Positions 36,441 to 45,667 of a stretch of 64,000 bases of DNA are shown piece after piece. The translations under genes were made by a program, and so were the position numbers. Source of the stretch: an uncultured virus (IMG/VR IMGVR_UViG_3300008108_004630) (Duplodnaviria > Heunggongvirae > Uroviricota > Caudoviricetes); IMG/VR virus record IMGVR_UViG_3300008108_004630; one strand, given 5' to 3'. Each line of letters starts with the position of its first letter. The first letter of the stretch is position 1. The notes under the pieces are model-generated. The model ran no database searches. It was not told the origin of the DNA and was given only the letters and a program-made list of their open reading frames with translations.

Positions 36441-36695
36441 ATGGCTACCAAAAAAATAAAGAAACCTAAAGTTAAATTAGAAGGCCATCCATACCCACAT
36501 GGCGGATTGGATTACGGTAAAAACCATCCAACCGTTCCTAAACAGTATGGTCAGCAATTTAAAGTTGATAGTACTTATTACAGACTTAGCGGTAAACCGA
36601 CTCTAGGATTACCAATGGGTTCTGTGGAATCTACATCGTCTAATAAATTGCCTAAACCTGCTAAAAATATTAGGTCTAAAAAGAAGACTAAATAA
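36441..36695 (+). CDS. Small basic protein with YYRxSGxPTLGxPMG motif
   Basis: Lys-rich ends. Motif shared with 35959..36243. Confidence 0.7.
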   Translation: MATKKIKKPKVKLEGHPYPHGGLDYGKNHPTVPKQYGQQFKVDSTYYRLSGKPTLGLPMGSVESTSSNKLPKPAKNIRSKKKTK

Positions 36696-36724
36696 AAAAA
36701 CCCCGGAAGTTATTCCGGGGTTTT
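36694..36724. terminator. Bidirectional terminator at the convergence of the two arms
   Basis: AAAACCCCGGAA-gtta-TTCCGGGGTTTT. Confidence 0.9.
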
Positions 36725-37405
36725 CATCATTGGAAAGACTTGATTAATTACTTTAGCACATTCTTTAGCAATTAACATATGCTCTTTTTGGGTTCCATTA
36801 TCACTACGCAATTCTATATAATGTATCCAACTACGTAGACTTCCATTCATATATAGTCTAGTTTTAGTTAAACCTTCTGGAAGTATTGCTCTAGCCTGCT
36901 CCTTAGCAATTCCATTGCTTACAGCCCACTTATAATATTCTCCAGCTAAGTATGCAATAGCTCGTTGATATTCTTGCCAAGTTTTATCTATGTCTACTTG
37001 GCTAGGGTCTGCAGGATCTAGGTCTATAGATTTTTGCCTATTCTTAGTATCTTGAAATCTAGTTTCCCTAAATTCAAACATATTTCCTAGTTCTTTAGGT
37101 TCTGCATATCTTTGTGAGAACTCTTGAAAGGCATAGCTCTTATGACGAATTATTTGATGAGCTATGTCTCTAGTAGTTTCAACCTCTAGGCATACATTTA
37201 CCATCTCTAAAGGCGACCAGTGCTTATTCTTAATGAGATATCTGATAAGTTTTTCACTAGTTTCGGTATTAAACTGATTTGTAGGATTAGATACTCTAGC
37301 GCAATATGCAACTAATTCCTGAGCATCTACTATACCTTGATTATATAGTTCGTCGGTAGGTTGAGAGTAACTTATTAGTCTAACAATCATTAGAATTTTA
37401 ACCAC
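36710..37405 (-). CDS. thyX: Flavin-dependent thymidylate synthase
   Basis: HWSPLE, RHKSYAFQEFSQRY, EQARAILP, NGSLRSWIHY. Confidence 0.95.
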   Translation of the reverse strand: MVKILMIVRLISYSQPTDELYNQGIVDAQELVAYCARVSNPTNQFNTETSEKLIRYLIKNKHWSPLEMVNVCLEVETTRDIAHQIIRHKSYAFQEFSQRYAEPKELGNMFEFRETRFQDTKNRQKSIDLDPADPSQVDIDKTWQEYQRAIAYLAGEYYKWAVSNGIAKEQARAILPEGLTKTRLYMNGSLRSWIHYIELRSDNGTQKEHMLIAKECAKVINQVFPMMKTPE

Positions 37406-37599
37406 CTTTTCATTCTATTATTAAAATCGAACAAGGCTTTAATTAGTAAAAACATTGTTACGATATATACTAGGCTCATAAATAAGTAGAAGTATGCTTC
37501 GTGTGCAATATACACAAATATAGTCATTGATATACTTACTACTAATAAGAACCAATCAAAATATTTATTAGGATACACCGGAGCTACCAAATCCTCCAC
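37390..37599 (-). CDS. Small two-TM membrane protein
   Basis: Two hydrophobic helices. Overlaps its neighbours in the operon. Confidence 0.55.
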   Translation of the reverse strand: MEDLVAPVYPNKYFDWFLLVVSISMTIFVYIAHEAYFYLFMSLVYIVTMFLLIKALFDFNNRMKRWLKF

Positions 37600-38047
37600 G
37601 TATAGTTTCTTCTACCTGTCCGTAGGTAAAAGATACTTGAGGAACAGGTCTTACACATATCTGTGCAATTCTATCTCCCGGATTCACTACGAAATCCTTA
37701 CTTCCGTTATTAAATAGAATTACTTGAACCTCTTGTCTATATCCATAATCTACAGTTCCAGGGCTGTTCAGTACGAATACGCCATGTTTAGCCGCTAAGC
37801 CACTTCTGGATCTGACTTGTATCTCCCAATAAGGATCTTGAATTTCAAATTTCAGACCTATAGGAATTACTTCAAATTTTCTACTAAATATAGTTAAAGG
37901 TTCGTAGATAGCGGCTCTAACGTCATATCCAGCATCAAAATCGAAATGTCTAGCGATATCCCAACTAATGTCTAGTTTCTTCTCCAAGACATGGGCCTTG
38001 CCGGTTTTTTCTACCTTAACATTAATGGTTAAAGGTTGTGATTGCAT
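37568..38047 (-). CDS. dut: dUTPase (trimeric type)
   Basis: AGYDV, RSGLAAK, GTVDYGYR, GDRIAQ, RGGFGSSG. Confidence 0.95.
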   Translation of the reverse strand: MQSQPLTINVKVEKTGKAHVLEKKLDISWDIARHFDFDAGYDVRAAIYEPLTIFSRKFEVIPIGLKFEIQDPYWEIQVRSRSGLAAKHGVFVLNSPGTVDYGYRQEVQVILFNNGSKDFVVNPGDRIAQICVRPVPQVSFTYGQVEETIRGGFGSSGVS

Positions 38048-38903
38048 TTAACGTCTCCAAATTTATCTCTTCGCCTTTTCCTGATAGGATAGCTTCTTCA
38101 TTGTATTTGATAAGGTTAATTAACTTCTCATTACGAATTAGTATATCTTTGCCTACGTTTAGATTTTGAATATACTTAGATCTACCTTTTAGTGGTAAGG
38201 CCTCTAGTAGAGCAGTAAAAGTCTTATGCTCTCTAGCTATAGCAGTAGCACGCTTTTCGCCTATACCTTCAATACCTACGATATTATCTCCACTATCTCC
38301 AGAGATAATTCTAGATATCATATACTCTTTAGGAGTTACTTGTAGTTTTTCATATAGAGAATCTACGGTAATCTCTTTTCTAGAGAAAATATTGAAAATG
38401 CTGATATTCTTGTCTAGGAGTTGATATATGTCTCTATCGCTAGAAATAACCCAAATGTGATCTGCTGTGTTTCTATTTTTTAGAACAGCATAGGTTATCA
38501 GATCGTCTGCTTCTACTCCTCTAAACTTAGCTACTGAGAAAGGTATAGTATCTGCTACGTCGTTTAGACAAGCAAAAAACTGATCGTAGTGCTCTTTCTC
38601 TTTTTCGTCTTGAGGCTTTTTACGAGTAGCTTTATACTCAGGATAAAAGTTAGTTCGATAATAGCTTTTACCAAAATCAAAGGCTACTATAATATCCTTG
38701 CAGCCGTAGCTTTTAGCTAGGCTCTCTACTGTTCTGCAATAATCATCCTTGAAGTTATTGTAATTTCTTCGCTGTAAGTATCTATACCCTAAGTTATTGC
38801 CATCGCAAATAAGTATATTTTTTCCACTTACAACAGGTTTTTGAGGAATGTATGATTCTAATTCTGAAAGATCATTCCAACCTTTTGTATCTTGTTCCAT
38901 CAT
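38022..38903 (-). CDS. 5'-3' exonuclease / flap endonuclease (T5 D15-like)
   Basis: DGNNL, YPEYKATR, EADD, SSDRD, GDSGDNI.GI.GIGEK. Confidence 0.93.
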   Translation of the reverse strand: MMEQDTKGWNDLSELESYIPQKPVVSGKNILICDGNNLGYRYLQRRNYNNFKDDYCRTVESLAKSYGCKDIIVAFDFGKSYYRTNFYPEYKATRKKPQDEKEKEHYDQFFACLNDVADTIPFSVAKFRGVEADDLITYAVLKNRNTADHIWVISSDRDIYQLLDKNISIFNIFSRKEITVDSLYEKLQVTPKEYMISRIISGDSGDNIVGIEGIGEKRATAIAREHKTFTALLEALPLKGRSKYIQNLNVGKDILIRNEKLINLIKYNEEAILSGKGEEINLETLNAITTFNH

Positions 38904-38909
38904 TTGTAT

Positions 38910-38938
38910 ATTATACCGTATTATTGTAGTCAGGTCAA
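38910..38938 (-). promoter_or_regulatory. Sigma70 promoter, leaderless transcript for the flap endonuclease
   Basis: TTGACC-17 nt-TATAAT-6 nt-ATG on the minus strand. Confidence 0.75.
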
Positions 38939-39381
38939 GAAGCTTTAGTAAGTTTAAACTTATCTAGCCAATCAGATAAAAGACCCATCTTAAACTTATA
39001 ACCAAATACTTTATATTCTATTTGGTGCTCTAGTTCTATATCTGAATCCCAACATATAAAATCTTTACTTCTATTCCATCTAAAGATAAGTAAAGGTTTT
39101 TTATTCATTACCTTAGCTTCTTCCATAGCCTGTTTCCAGAATTCTAGTATGTCGGTAGTCTTAGCAGTAAGTAAGTTATTAAACTCCAACTCTGCATAAT
39201 GTTTACATTCTATTGTATAAGGAAAAGATGCCGTATCAGATGGAACCCATAAATCACCTTTTAGGTAAGATATGGACCCACTTAACGGCATCCTTTCAAA
39301 TTTTATATTCAGTTCTTCTGTAAGAATGTCTCTAATTTTAGCTTCAAAAGCAGAGCCTTTTGTTTTACTTTTACTAGCCAC
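38935..39381 (-). CDS. Holliday junction resolvase-like PD-(D/E)xK nuclease (T5 D14-like)
   Basis: SKTKGSAFE, R.PLSG, KGD, IECK. Confidence 0.85.
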   Translation of the reverse strand: MASKSKTKGSAFEAKIRDILTEELNIKFERMPLSGSISYLKGDLWVPSDTASFPYTIECKHYAELEFNNLLTAKTTDILEFWKQAMEEAKVMNKKPLLIFRWNRSKDFICWDSDIELEHQIEYKVFGYKFKMGLLSDWLDKFKLTKAS

Positions 39382-39400
39382 TTCATGTGGTCTCTCTTTC

Positions 39401-39637
39401 TTATAGTTCTAACCTTTGTAAGTTAGAATATCCACCGATCAGTTCGTCGTTAATTACAACGATCGGAACTGTATTCATTTTATACTGTGTTTTTAAGGAT
39501 GCTAGTTCTCCAGGATTAAGGTCTTTTAGCACATCAACGTAGTTAAACGCTAGACACCTAGCGTTTAACCACTCCTTAGCGGCTACACAGTATGGACAAT
39601 TGTCCTTTCCATATACTACGATTTTCATATTACGCAA
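39401..39637 (-). CDS. Glutaredoxin
   Basis: CPYC, TVP, IGGY. Confidence 0.92.
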   Translation of the reverse strand: MRNMKIVVYGKDNCPYCVAAKEWLNARCLAFNYVDVLKDLNPGELASLKTQYKMNTVPIVVINDELIGGYSNLQRLEL

Positions 39638-41751
39638 CTATCTCCATCGCAGAACTTATTAGCATCTGCGTTATCGCCTTCTTTGGTTAGGCTATCGAAG
39701 TTAATTGGCTTTAGTGTAGCCGCATACTTCTCTAACTCATCCTTAGGTGCAGTAGTGTAAGGAGCTTGAGCGTATCCGTGATCTGATACTGGTAGAAGAG
39801 ATACTCCCTTTAGCCTGTTATCAAATGCAGATAGGGCTCTTGCAATCTGATCAGCTTCTGACTGATTAAACGTAATAGTAATAGATACTTGATTGTCTGC
39901 CCAATAGTGTTGCATATCTACTGCGTTTGCAAACTGTTCCCAGATTGAGATATTCTTATTAGAAATAGTTCCTTCTCTTAGTAGAACAGGGAAATATACT
40001 ACGACTGTTCTAGTAGGATCTGATACTGCAGGCTCAATTCTGTAACCTGCTTCTTGTAAGAGTGGTACGAATGGAGAGTTTGCAGCTACTCGAACTGTTC
40101 TATAATAGTTCTCGCTTTCGGCGTAGTGAATGCCTGGTAGCTCGCCTGCTACTAGAGATACTGTTCCAGATGGCTTTACCGAAGTAGTTTTTATACTCTT
40201 TGGAACACCAAGCCATTCAGCATATTTCTGATCTACATATTGAATATATGTATAGGCTCTGTCGCAGAACTGATCGAAATACTTGTGTCTACCAAACTTT
40301 AACATTGCTGTTTGAATACCACTCTGAGAGCAACCAATTCTACGGTTGCGAGTAATAACAGCATTAGTCTCTGACCAGTGTGTAGCCATTAAGGTTACTG
40401 TCTTAGCATACATATAAGAGAACTTCAAGGTTCTTTGGAAATCCCAGTAATCTTTGTGCTTAGCAGGGAAATTTTCTACTAGACAGCATAATTCATAGGG
40501 CTCAAGACTCTGCTCGAGGCAAGGATTACCACCACGAACTCGGTAGTCTTTATTGTTAACTCCGTCCTTCATACGACCATATTTTTGCATATTGTCAAGC
40601 CAAGCAAAACCTGGCTCACCATTTACTGCAATACTCTTAGCCGCATCAGTATAATCCATTCCAACATAGGCAAAAAGAGAATTATTAGAAGCCCAACGCC
40701 AACCCCCAAATTTATAAGACCATTCATAGTTAGCATATTTCTTAGCGATTTCACCACGTGCATTCCAGTCATTATTGTATCTCTCGTATTCTTCTTCTGA
40801 TATAGCTTTTAGCTCTGGTGGAGCGATACTGCCAGTCTCTACTCCAAACTTATCCCAACGCTTCATCTCAATAAAGTCTTGATCGTCAGGCTCTGCAAAG
40901 GCGATCTCTGCTGTTCTGCGAACATTTCCAGCGACTACTATTTTACCAATTAGGTTCATAATATCTACTATATCTGTAGAAGATAGTAGATTATCATCGC
41001 TCATGGCTCTCTTTTCAAGAACATCGCGAATACCATAGAAGCCTTGTTCTAGAGGTTCAGGTCCAGAAGCTACTCCACCAAATCCGGCAATAGGATCTCC
41101 GTATGGACGAACTAGAGATGTATTAATCTCTACTGGATTAGAATCCGGCTCAAGATATGAATCGATTAGGCAAGAGATAGCTTCTACCCATCCTTCTCTT
41201 GAATCGTCTACTACTACGGTCTCTACAGTCTTTCCAGATGGCATGTTGACAGGTAGTCTATCAGCGCCCTTAGTATCAAACCCTACACCTACTCCAACCA
41301 TTGACATATCCATCAGGAATGCGAAAGGCTTAGACAGCTCGGTTTCGATATTCTCGGTGGAAACGAATGCACAGTTATTTAAGCAGGCACCGCCTTTTTC
41401 CCACACAAAGGGAGTTCCCATCATCCATAGACCACGTCCAGGTGGTAACCATTTAAATTCAAACATACGAGTAGCAGCTTCTTCAGCGTGCTTTGCAGCC
41501 TTTTTATCATTCCAAGGAATGTGTGATAGCTTAGCGTGAGTCTTAAGAATGGTAAACATTCCTTCTATTACTCTGATAACGCAGTCTGCCCATGTTTCCA
41601 TGGTTCCGTTTGCTTTCTTTCTAGAGTATGTTCTATAGAAAGTAAAGGCGGATAGACCTCCGAAACCCCACTGTTCTGTAGCTGCTTTTAAGTCTTTTTT
41701 GAATTTTTCACTAAGATAAAAGTGAACTGGCTTTGTGCCTGGTGCAATCAT
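39625..41751 (-). CDS. nrdJ: Class II (adenosylcobalamin-dependent), monomeric-type ribonucleotide reductase
   Basis: PPGRGLW, LNNCAF, NPCLEQ, VKPSGTVS, C-terminal FCDGDSC. Confidence 0.92.
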   Translation of the reverse strand: MIAPGTKPVHFYLSEKFKKDLKAATEQWGFGGLSAFTFYRTYSRKKANGTMETWADCVIRVIEGMFTILKTHAKLSHIPWNDKKAAKHAEEAATRMFEFKWLPPGRGLWMMGTPFVWEKGGACLNNCAFVSTENIETELSKPFAFLMDMSMVGVGVGFDTKGADRLPVNMPSGKTVETVVVDDSREGWVEAISCLIDSYLEPDSNPVEINTSLVRPYGDPIAGFGGVASGPEPLEQGFYGIRDVLEKRAMSDDNLLSSTDIVDIMNLIGKIVVAGNVRRTAEIAFAEPDDQDFIEMKRWDKFGVETGSIAPPELKAISEEEYERYNNDWNARGEIAKKYANYEWSYKFGGWRWASNNSLFAYVGMDYTDAAKSIAVNGEPGFAWLDNMQKYGRMKDGVNNKDYRVRGGNPCLEQSLEPYELCCLVENFPAKHKDYWDFQRTLKFSYMYAKTVTLMATHWSETNAVITRNRRIGCSQSGIQTAMLKFGRHKYFDQFCDRAYTYIQYVDQKYAEWLGVPKSIKTTSVKPSGTVSLVAGELPGIHYAESENYYRTVRVAANSPFVPLLQEAGYRIEPAVSDPTRTVVVYFPVLLREGTISNKNISIWEQFANAVDMQHYWADNQVSITITFNQSEADQIARALSAFDNRLKGVSLLPVSDHGYAQAPYTTAPKDELEKYAATLKPINFDSLTKEGDNADANKFCDGDSCVI

Positions 41752-41752
41752 A

Positions 41753-43579
41753 TTATTCTCCTATTTTAGATATGTTGTTTTGTTTTACGATTTGAATTTT
41801 TTCGATAAGTGGGTGCTCAAAGTCGTGAGAGATAAAGAATGTATTAGCATCTTCTTGCATTAAGATATCTACTAGTCTTTCTTTTCCTGCTGCGTCTAAG
41901 ACACCTGTAATTTCGTCTAGGAATAGTATATTTACTTTACTACCACCAATTTTAGATAAAATATTCCTTATGGCAAGTAGGATAGAGGTTTGAATTCTAC
42001 CAAATTCGCCACCTGAAACTGTTTCGATGGGTGTTTCTTTACCGTTATTAGCAACAACGATATTGAGTTTTTCACCATTGAGTCTGAAGATAATCTGGAA
42101 CTGTCCGTCAGAGAGTTCAGCGAGATAATAGTTAATCGTACTCTCTAACTGCTTAGTAAGGTTTTCTAGCTTAAAAGCAACGATGCCTGAGGTAGAAAAC
42201 GCTTTTTTAAGAATGTTCAAATGATTAATCTTTATTTTAAGATTTATTATACTATTCTCTAACAACTCTTGTCTAGCTAAAAAATCTCTACGTTGCTCTA
42301 TTAGGGTTTCTACTCTAGTATTGTGGATATGAACTTGATTGTTATATCTATTAGCCTCTTCTATAGAGTTTTGCAAATCATTTAAATATTTTGTTGTATT
42401 GTCGTAATCTGTTTTGATAGCTGCATAGTCTGGGTAAACAAAGGGAATTGACTTATCTATCAGTTGTGAGAGCTGTTCAAATCTCTCGATAGCTTTTTGA
42501 TTAGTTATCCAATTACGATAGGCTATACTCTCTCTATTCTCTTGCTCTCTGTGCGCCTTCAGATCTGCCTTAAGTTCTGTTAGTTCAAAATTAAGTTTGC
42601 CTATCTCTAAATCTATCTGATTTTTTAACTCTACGCCTTTAGAGTTATCAATCTTCTGACCGCAAGCATAGCAAGAATCACTGGTATCAATACTAGCCTT
42701 GTTACGCTCTAGGTCTTTGACTTTCTGAGTTTTTAAGGTGATAGCAGTATCTGCTGCTTTTATCTTGTCTGAAAGCGTTACGTCTTGGCTAGGTTTTTCG
42801 ACACTTACATCAAATTTCAACCCATCACGCTCTTTGATAAGCATTAGGTTCTTATCAATCTTGATGCACTGAGCGTTAAAGTCGTCTAGCTGAACTTTTA
42901 GATGAGCCCGCTTAGTTTCTGCTTGCGTGTCATAAGGAGGAACTGGTATGAGCGTTTTCTTATCAGTAATAGTAGTGCTTTCTAAAAACTTTTTAACTCC
43001 TGAGAGTTCACCCTGTAAGGTTGCGTGTTCTTGTTCGACATCAGTCATCTTTATCTTCAAGACGTCACCAATCTCAAGATACTTCTCAAGCCCAAAGAGG
43101 TTGATTAAGAACTTCTTTCTATTAGTATCTGTAGCCTTGATGAAGTCTAAGAGATCGGTACTACTCTGATAGGTTAACTGAGAGAATACCTCAAAAGGCA
43201 TACCAAGAATAGTGTGTAGTTTCTTATAGGTATCAGGAATCTTATGTTCAGAGATATCTTGTCCGTTTTTTAACAGCTTGACCTTACTAGAATCTCCTAC
43301 ACGCTCTACCGTGAGATCATAGAGGTCTTTGTCTACCTTGAAACTAAGCTGCCCAGACCAACCACGAGCAGTAGTATGTCTATTAAGGATATCGCCTTTT
43401 TTAATACCCTTGATGTTCTTACTGTAGAGCAACTCTTGTAAGATTAGAGAAATACTAGTCTTACCATTACCATTTACGCCAGAGAGCTGAGAGATCTTAG
43501 CCCTCTCCAGGTTTAGCTGATTGCCTGCGCCATAGCTAAACATATTAGACCATGCTAAGCTTCTAAGTTGAATATTCAT
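41753..43579 (-). CDS. SbcC/Rad50-like ATPase (T5 D13-like)
   Basis: Walker A NGNGKTS, zinc-hook CYACGQ, signature SGGE, Walker B FLDE. Confidence 0.93.
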   Translation of the reverse strand: MNIQLRSLAWSNMFSYGAGNQLNLERAKISQLSGVNGNGKTSISLILQELLYSKNIKGIKKGDILNRHTTARGWSGQLSFKVDKDLYDLTVERVGDSSKVKLLKNGQDISEHKIPDTYKKLHTILGMPFEVFSQLTYQSSTDLLDFIKATDTNRKKFLINLFGLEKYLEIGDVLKIKMTDVEQEHATLQGELSGVKKFLESTTITDKKTLIPVPPYDTQAETKRAHLKVQLDDFNAQCIKIDKNLMLIKERDGLKFDVSVEKPSQDVTLSDKIKAADTAITLKTQKVKDLERNKASIDTSDSCYACGQKIDNSKGVELKNQIDLEIGKLNFELTELKADLKAHREQENRESIAYRNWITNQKAIERFEQLSQLIDKSIPFVYPDYAAIKTDYDNTTKYLNDLQNSIEEANRYNNQVHIHNTRVETLIEQRRDFLARQELLENSIINLKIKINHLNILKKAFSTSGIVAFKLENLTKQLESTINYYLAELSDGQFQIIFRLNGEKLNIVVANNGKETPIETVSGGEFGRIQTSILLAIRNILSKIGGSKVNILFLDEITGVLDAAGKERLVDILMQEDANTFFISHDFEHPLIEKIQIVKQNNISKIGE

Positions 43580-44535
43580 GAGATTCCTAACTTTTTAAAT
43601 GTGGCAGAGATACCTTCTACATCTTCTATTCGCTGATGACGCAAGTAACTCTCCAGCTCTTCGACTAGAGATAACCCAGTGAGATCTAAGGTGCTCTCTT
43701 CGTCTGCCCTATGCGCGATCTTCTTATCTAAGAGTGCAGACCCCTCAACGCGCGCCAACTCGTCTACACTTCCAACTACCTCGTATACAATGTGATCTCT
43801 TGCACTAGGCGTCATCTCTTCTCCGGAGCGGATACGACGTCTAACTAATTTAGGCAAGTCTAAGGGGACAAACTTAACCCTGTAGTCATCAAGAGTTCCT
43901 TCTACAATATTCACACCATATTCTCTTTCCTCATTACGGTCAAAACTTACATTCATCGGACTACCTGGATAATACACAGGCATATCTCGATACTGATGGT
44001 TATGATGTAAGTCTCCACAAAGAACTAGCTTCCACGGACGTAACCTTTCAAAATCATACTCAGCTGTAATATGCGGAGGCACCTCTCCACGTATGTGCGT
44101 GACTAAGACGTGACCAGGAAGAGGTCTAGGCAGGTTATCTCGTTGCATCTCGCCATAGGGAAAGAACTGAAAGTTAACTCCTTCTAGGCTGCGCGCAGCG
44201 TTATAGCAGATAATCTCTACTTGGGGATTATTGATTTTATACTCTCCAGTGAAGTGCTTTAAAAACGATTCTCCCTTAGAGGTAGCCTCATGATTACCAG
44301 GAATAATGAATGTCTTAGTCTTAACCCTATGGATATAGGATAAGAAAAGAGCTACTTCATCAGGTTCTGGTTTCTTATCAAAGACATCTCCTGCGATTAT
44401 GTGCGCGGTGCATCCCTTCTCTAGCTCAAGAAGATGGTTGAAAAACTCTTGGAAACGATTAGACTGCCATTCCCAAGGAACTTTCTTCTTATGTAGGAGT
44501 ATGTGCCAATCTGCACTGTGTAAGATTTTAAACAT
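43576..44535 (-). CDS. SbcD/Mre11-like nuclease (T5 D12-like)
   Basis: ADWH, GDVFD, GNHE, GDLH, YPGSP. Confidence 0.93.
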   Translation of the reverse strand: MFKILHSADWHILLHKKKVPWEWQSNRFQEFFNHLLELEKGCTAHIIAGDVFDKKPEPDEVALFLSYIHRVKTKTFIIPGNHEATSKGESFLKHFTGEYKINNPQVEIICYNAARSLEGVNFQFFPYGEMQRDNLPRPLPGHVLVTHIRGEVPPHITAEYDFERLRPWKLVLCGDLHHNHQYRDMPVYYPGSPMNVSFDRNEEREYGVNIVEGTLDDYRVKFVPLDLPKLVRRRIRSGEEMTPSARDHIVYEVVGSVDELARVEGSALLDKKIAHRADEESTLDLTGLSLVEELESYLRHQRIEDVEGISATFKKLGIS

Positions 44536-44563
44536 TGAAAAACTTTCTATAATATGCTATAAA
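44535..44563 (+). promoter_or_regulatory. Sigma70-type promoter antisense to the replication operon, pointing into the hairpin array
   Basis: TTGAAA-17 nt-TATAAA with extended -10 TG. Confidence 0.55.
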
Positions 44564-44629
44564 TAACGTATGAGACGTTGTTGCATATATGTGACCGCGG
44601 TTCCCTATATGGCACATTCGTCTTCAGCT

Positions 44630-44818
44630 TGCCTCGGAGAGGCATAACGTATGAACGCTGCAACTAAGAGGTCTCGGAGAGACATAACGAATACGTGGGA
44701 GTCTTGTGTCTTATTACAAGAGCTCCCACGCCGTCTCGGAGAGACATAACGCGGTTAACGTGGGAGTATTATTACAAGAACTCCCACGCTGTCTCGGAGA
44801 GACACAACGCGGTTAACG
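44630..44818 (+). repeat. Array of four G(T/C)CTC-GGA-GAG(A/G)C hairpin repeats interleaved with two CGTGGGAG...CTCCCACG hairpins
   Basis: Short hairpins start at 44631, 44671, 44733 and 44791. Long hairpins at 44694-44730 and 44759-44788. Confidence 0.92.
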
Positions 44819-45667
44819 TCTGTCAAATATCCTGCTCACGTCTCCAGGGAAAGTGAATGCCCCTACGTGACTTAGTCTAGTGCTAGGATCAAGCCAAATC
44901 TTACCGCCTATTTTCTGCCATCTACGACAGAAAGTATAGTCTTCTGATAAGTATCTGTTATCATCTGGATCATGAATAGTATCGAAGAAAGAATAACAGA
45001 ATGGATTGAACTTAGGATCAATAGAACTATCATTTTTATAATGTAGTTCTGGATATGCTTGAATCATCTTGTCAAAGACAACTCTTTGCACCATGAAGAA
45101 TCCGGTAGAAGCATCCATTACTTCTATAGCTCCGTTATCTACATTAAGTTCTCTAGTTCTAGGATCTTTGAACTTAAGATTTATAGCATATTGAGCACTG
45201 TACTTAGAGATATCCTCTTTTCCTTCGATAGCTGCTCTTCTTACACTCTCCCAATCAACTGTTTTCTTAGGATAAGCTGCTGCAATTAATGGCTTATTCA
45301 TTGCTAACATTCTGATTACTGAATCTGGCTCGAATTCAATATCTGCATCTATGAACATTAGGTGAGAGCAATCACTCTCTAGAAACATTGCTGTTAAGAT
45401 ATTTCTAGCTCTAGGCACTAGGCTCTCATTTCTAAGAGTAGTGATTCTGTAGTTAATCTTGTAATGATTTAGAGCTTGAGTAAGCCTAAACATTGATAAG
45501 AAAAACTGATCTGTTAGCTGTCCACCATAACATGGAGTTGCAAAAAACAGGTTGTGTTTCTGCAGTTCTTCAATGTTTATGTGCATCTGCCCCGGATTAT
45601 TTGGGTCAGGTGTTACAGAGGGTTTACCGTTAGGTATCATCTCTGCTAGTTTTGATACCTTACCCAT
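44813..45667 (-). CDS. GT-A fold glycosyltransferase-like protein
   Basis: FATPCYGG, ESLVPRARN, DxD motif FIDADI, TGF, LSEDYTFC. Confidence 0.75.
   Translation of the reverse strand: MGKVSKLAEMIPNGKPSVTPDPNNPGQMHINIEELQKHNLFFATPCYGGQLTDQFFLSMFRLTQALNHYKINYRITTLRNESLVPRARNILTAMFLESDCSHLMFIDADIEFEPDSVIRMLAMNKPLIAAAYPKKTVDWESVRRAAIEGKEDISKYSAQYAINLKFKDPRTRELNVDNGAIEVMDASTGFFMVQRVVFDKMIQAYPELHYKNDSSIDPKFNPFCYSFFDTIHDPDDNRYLSEDYTFCRRWQKIGGKIWLDPSTRLSHVGAFTFPGDVSRIFDRR

Noticed and set aside
43600..44220. Locally higher GC in the 3' half of sbcD as a foreign insertion
   Set aside because: The reading frame and nuclease motifs are continuous, no boundaries or repeats were seen, and the shift could not be quantified.
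44630..44818. Mini CRISPR array
   Set aside because: The repeats are only about 19 bp. The intervening sequences are uneven in length, and two of them are copies of each other and self-complementary. No cas genes are present in the window.
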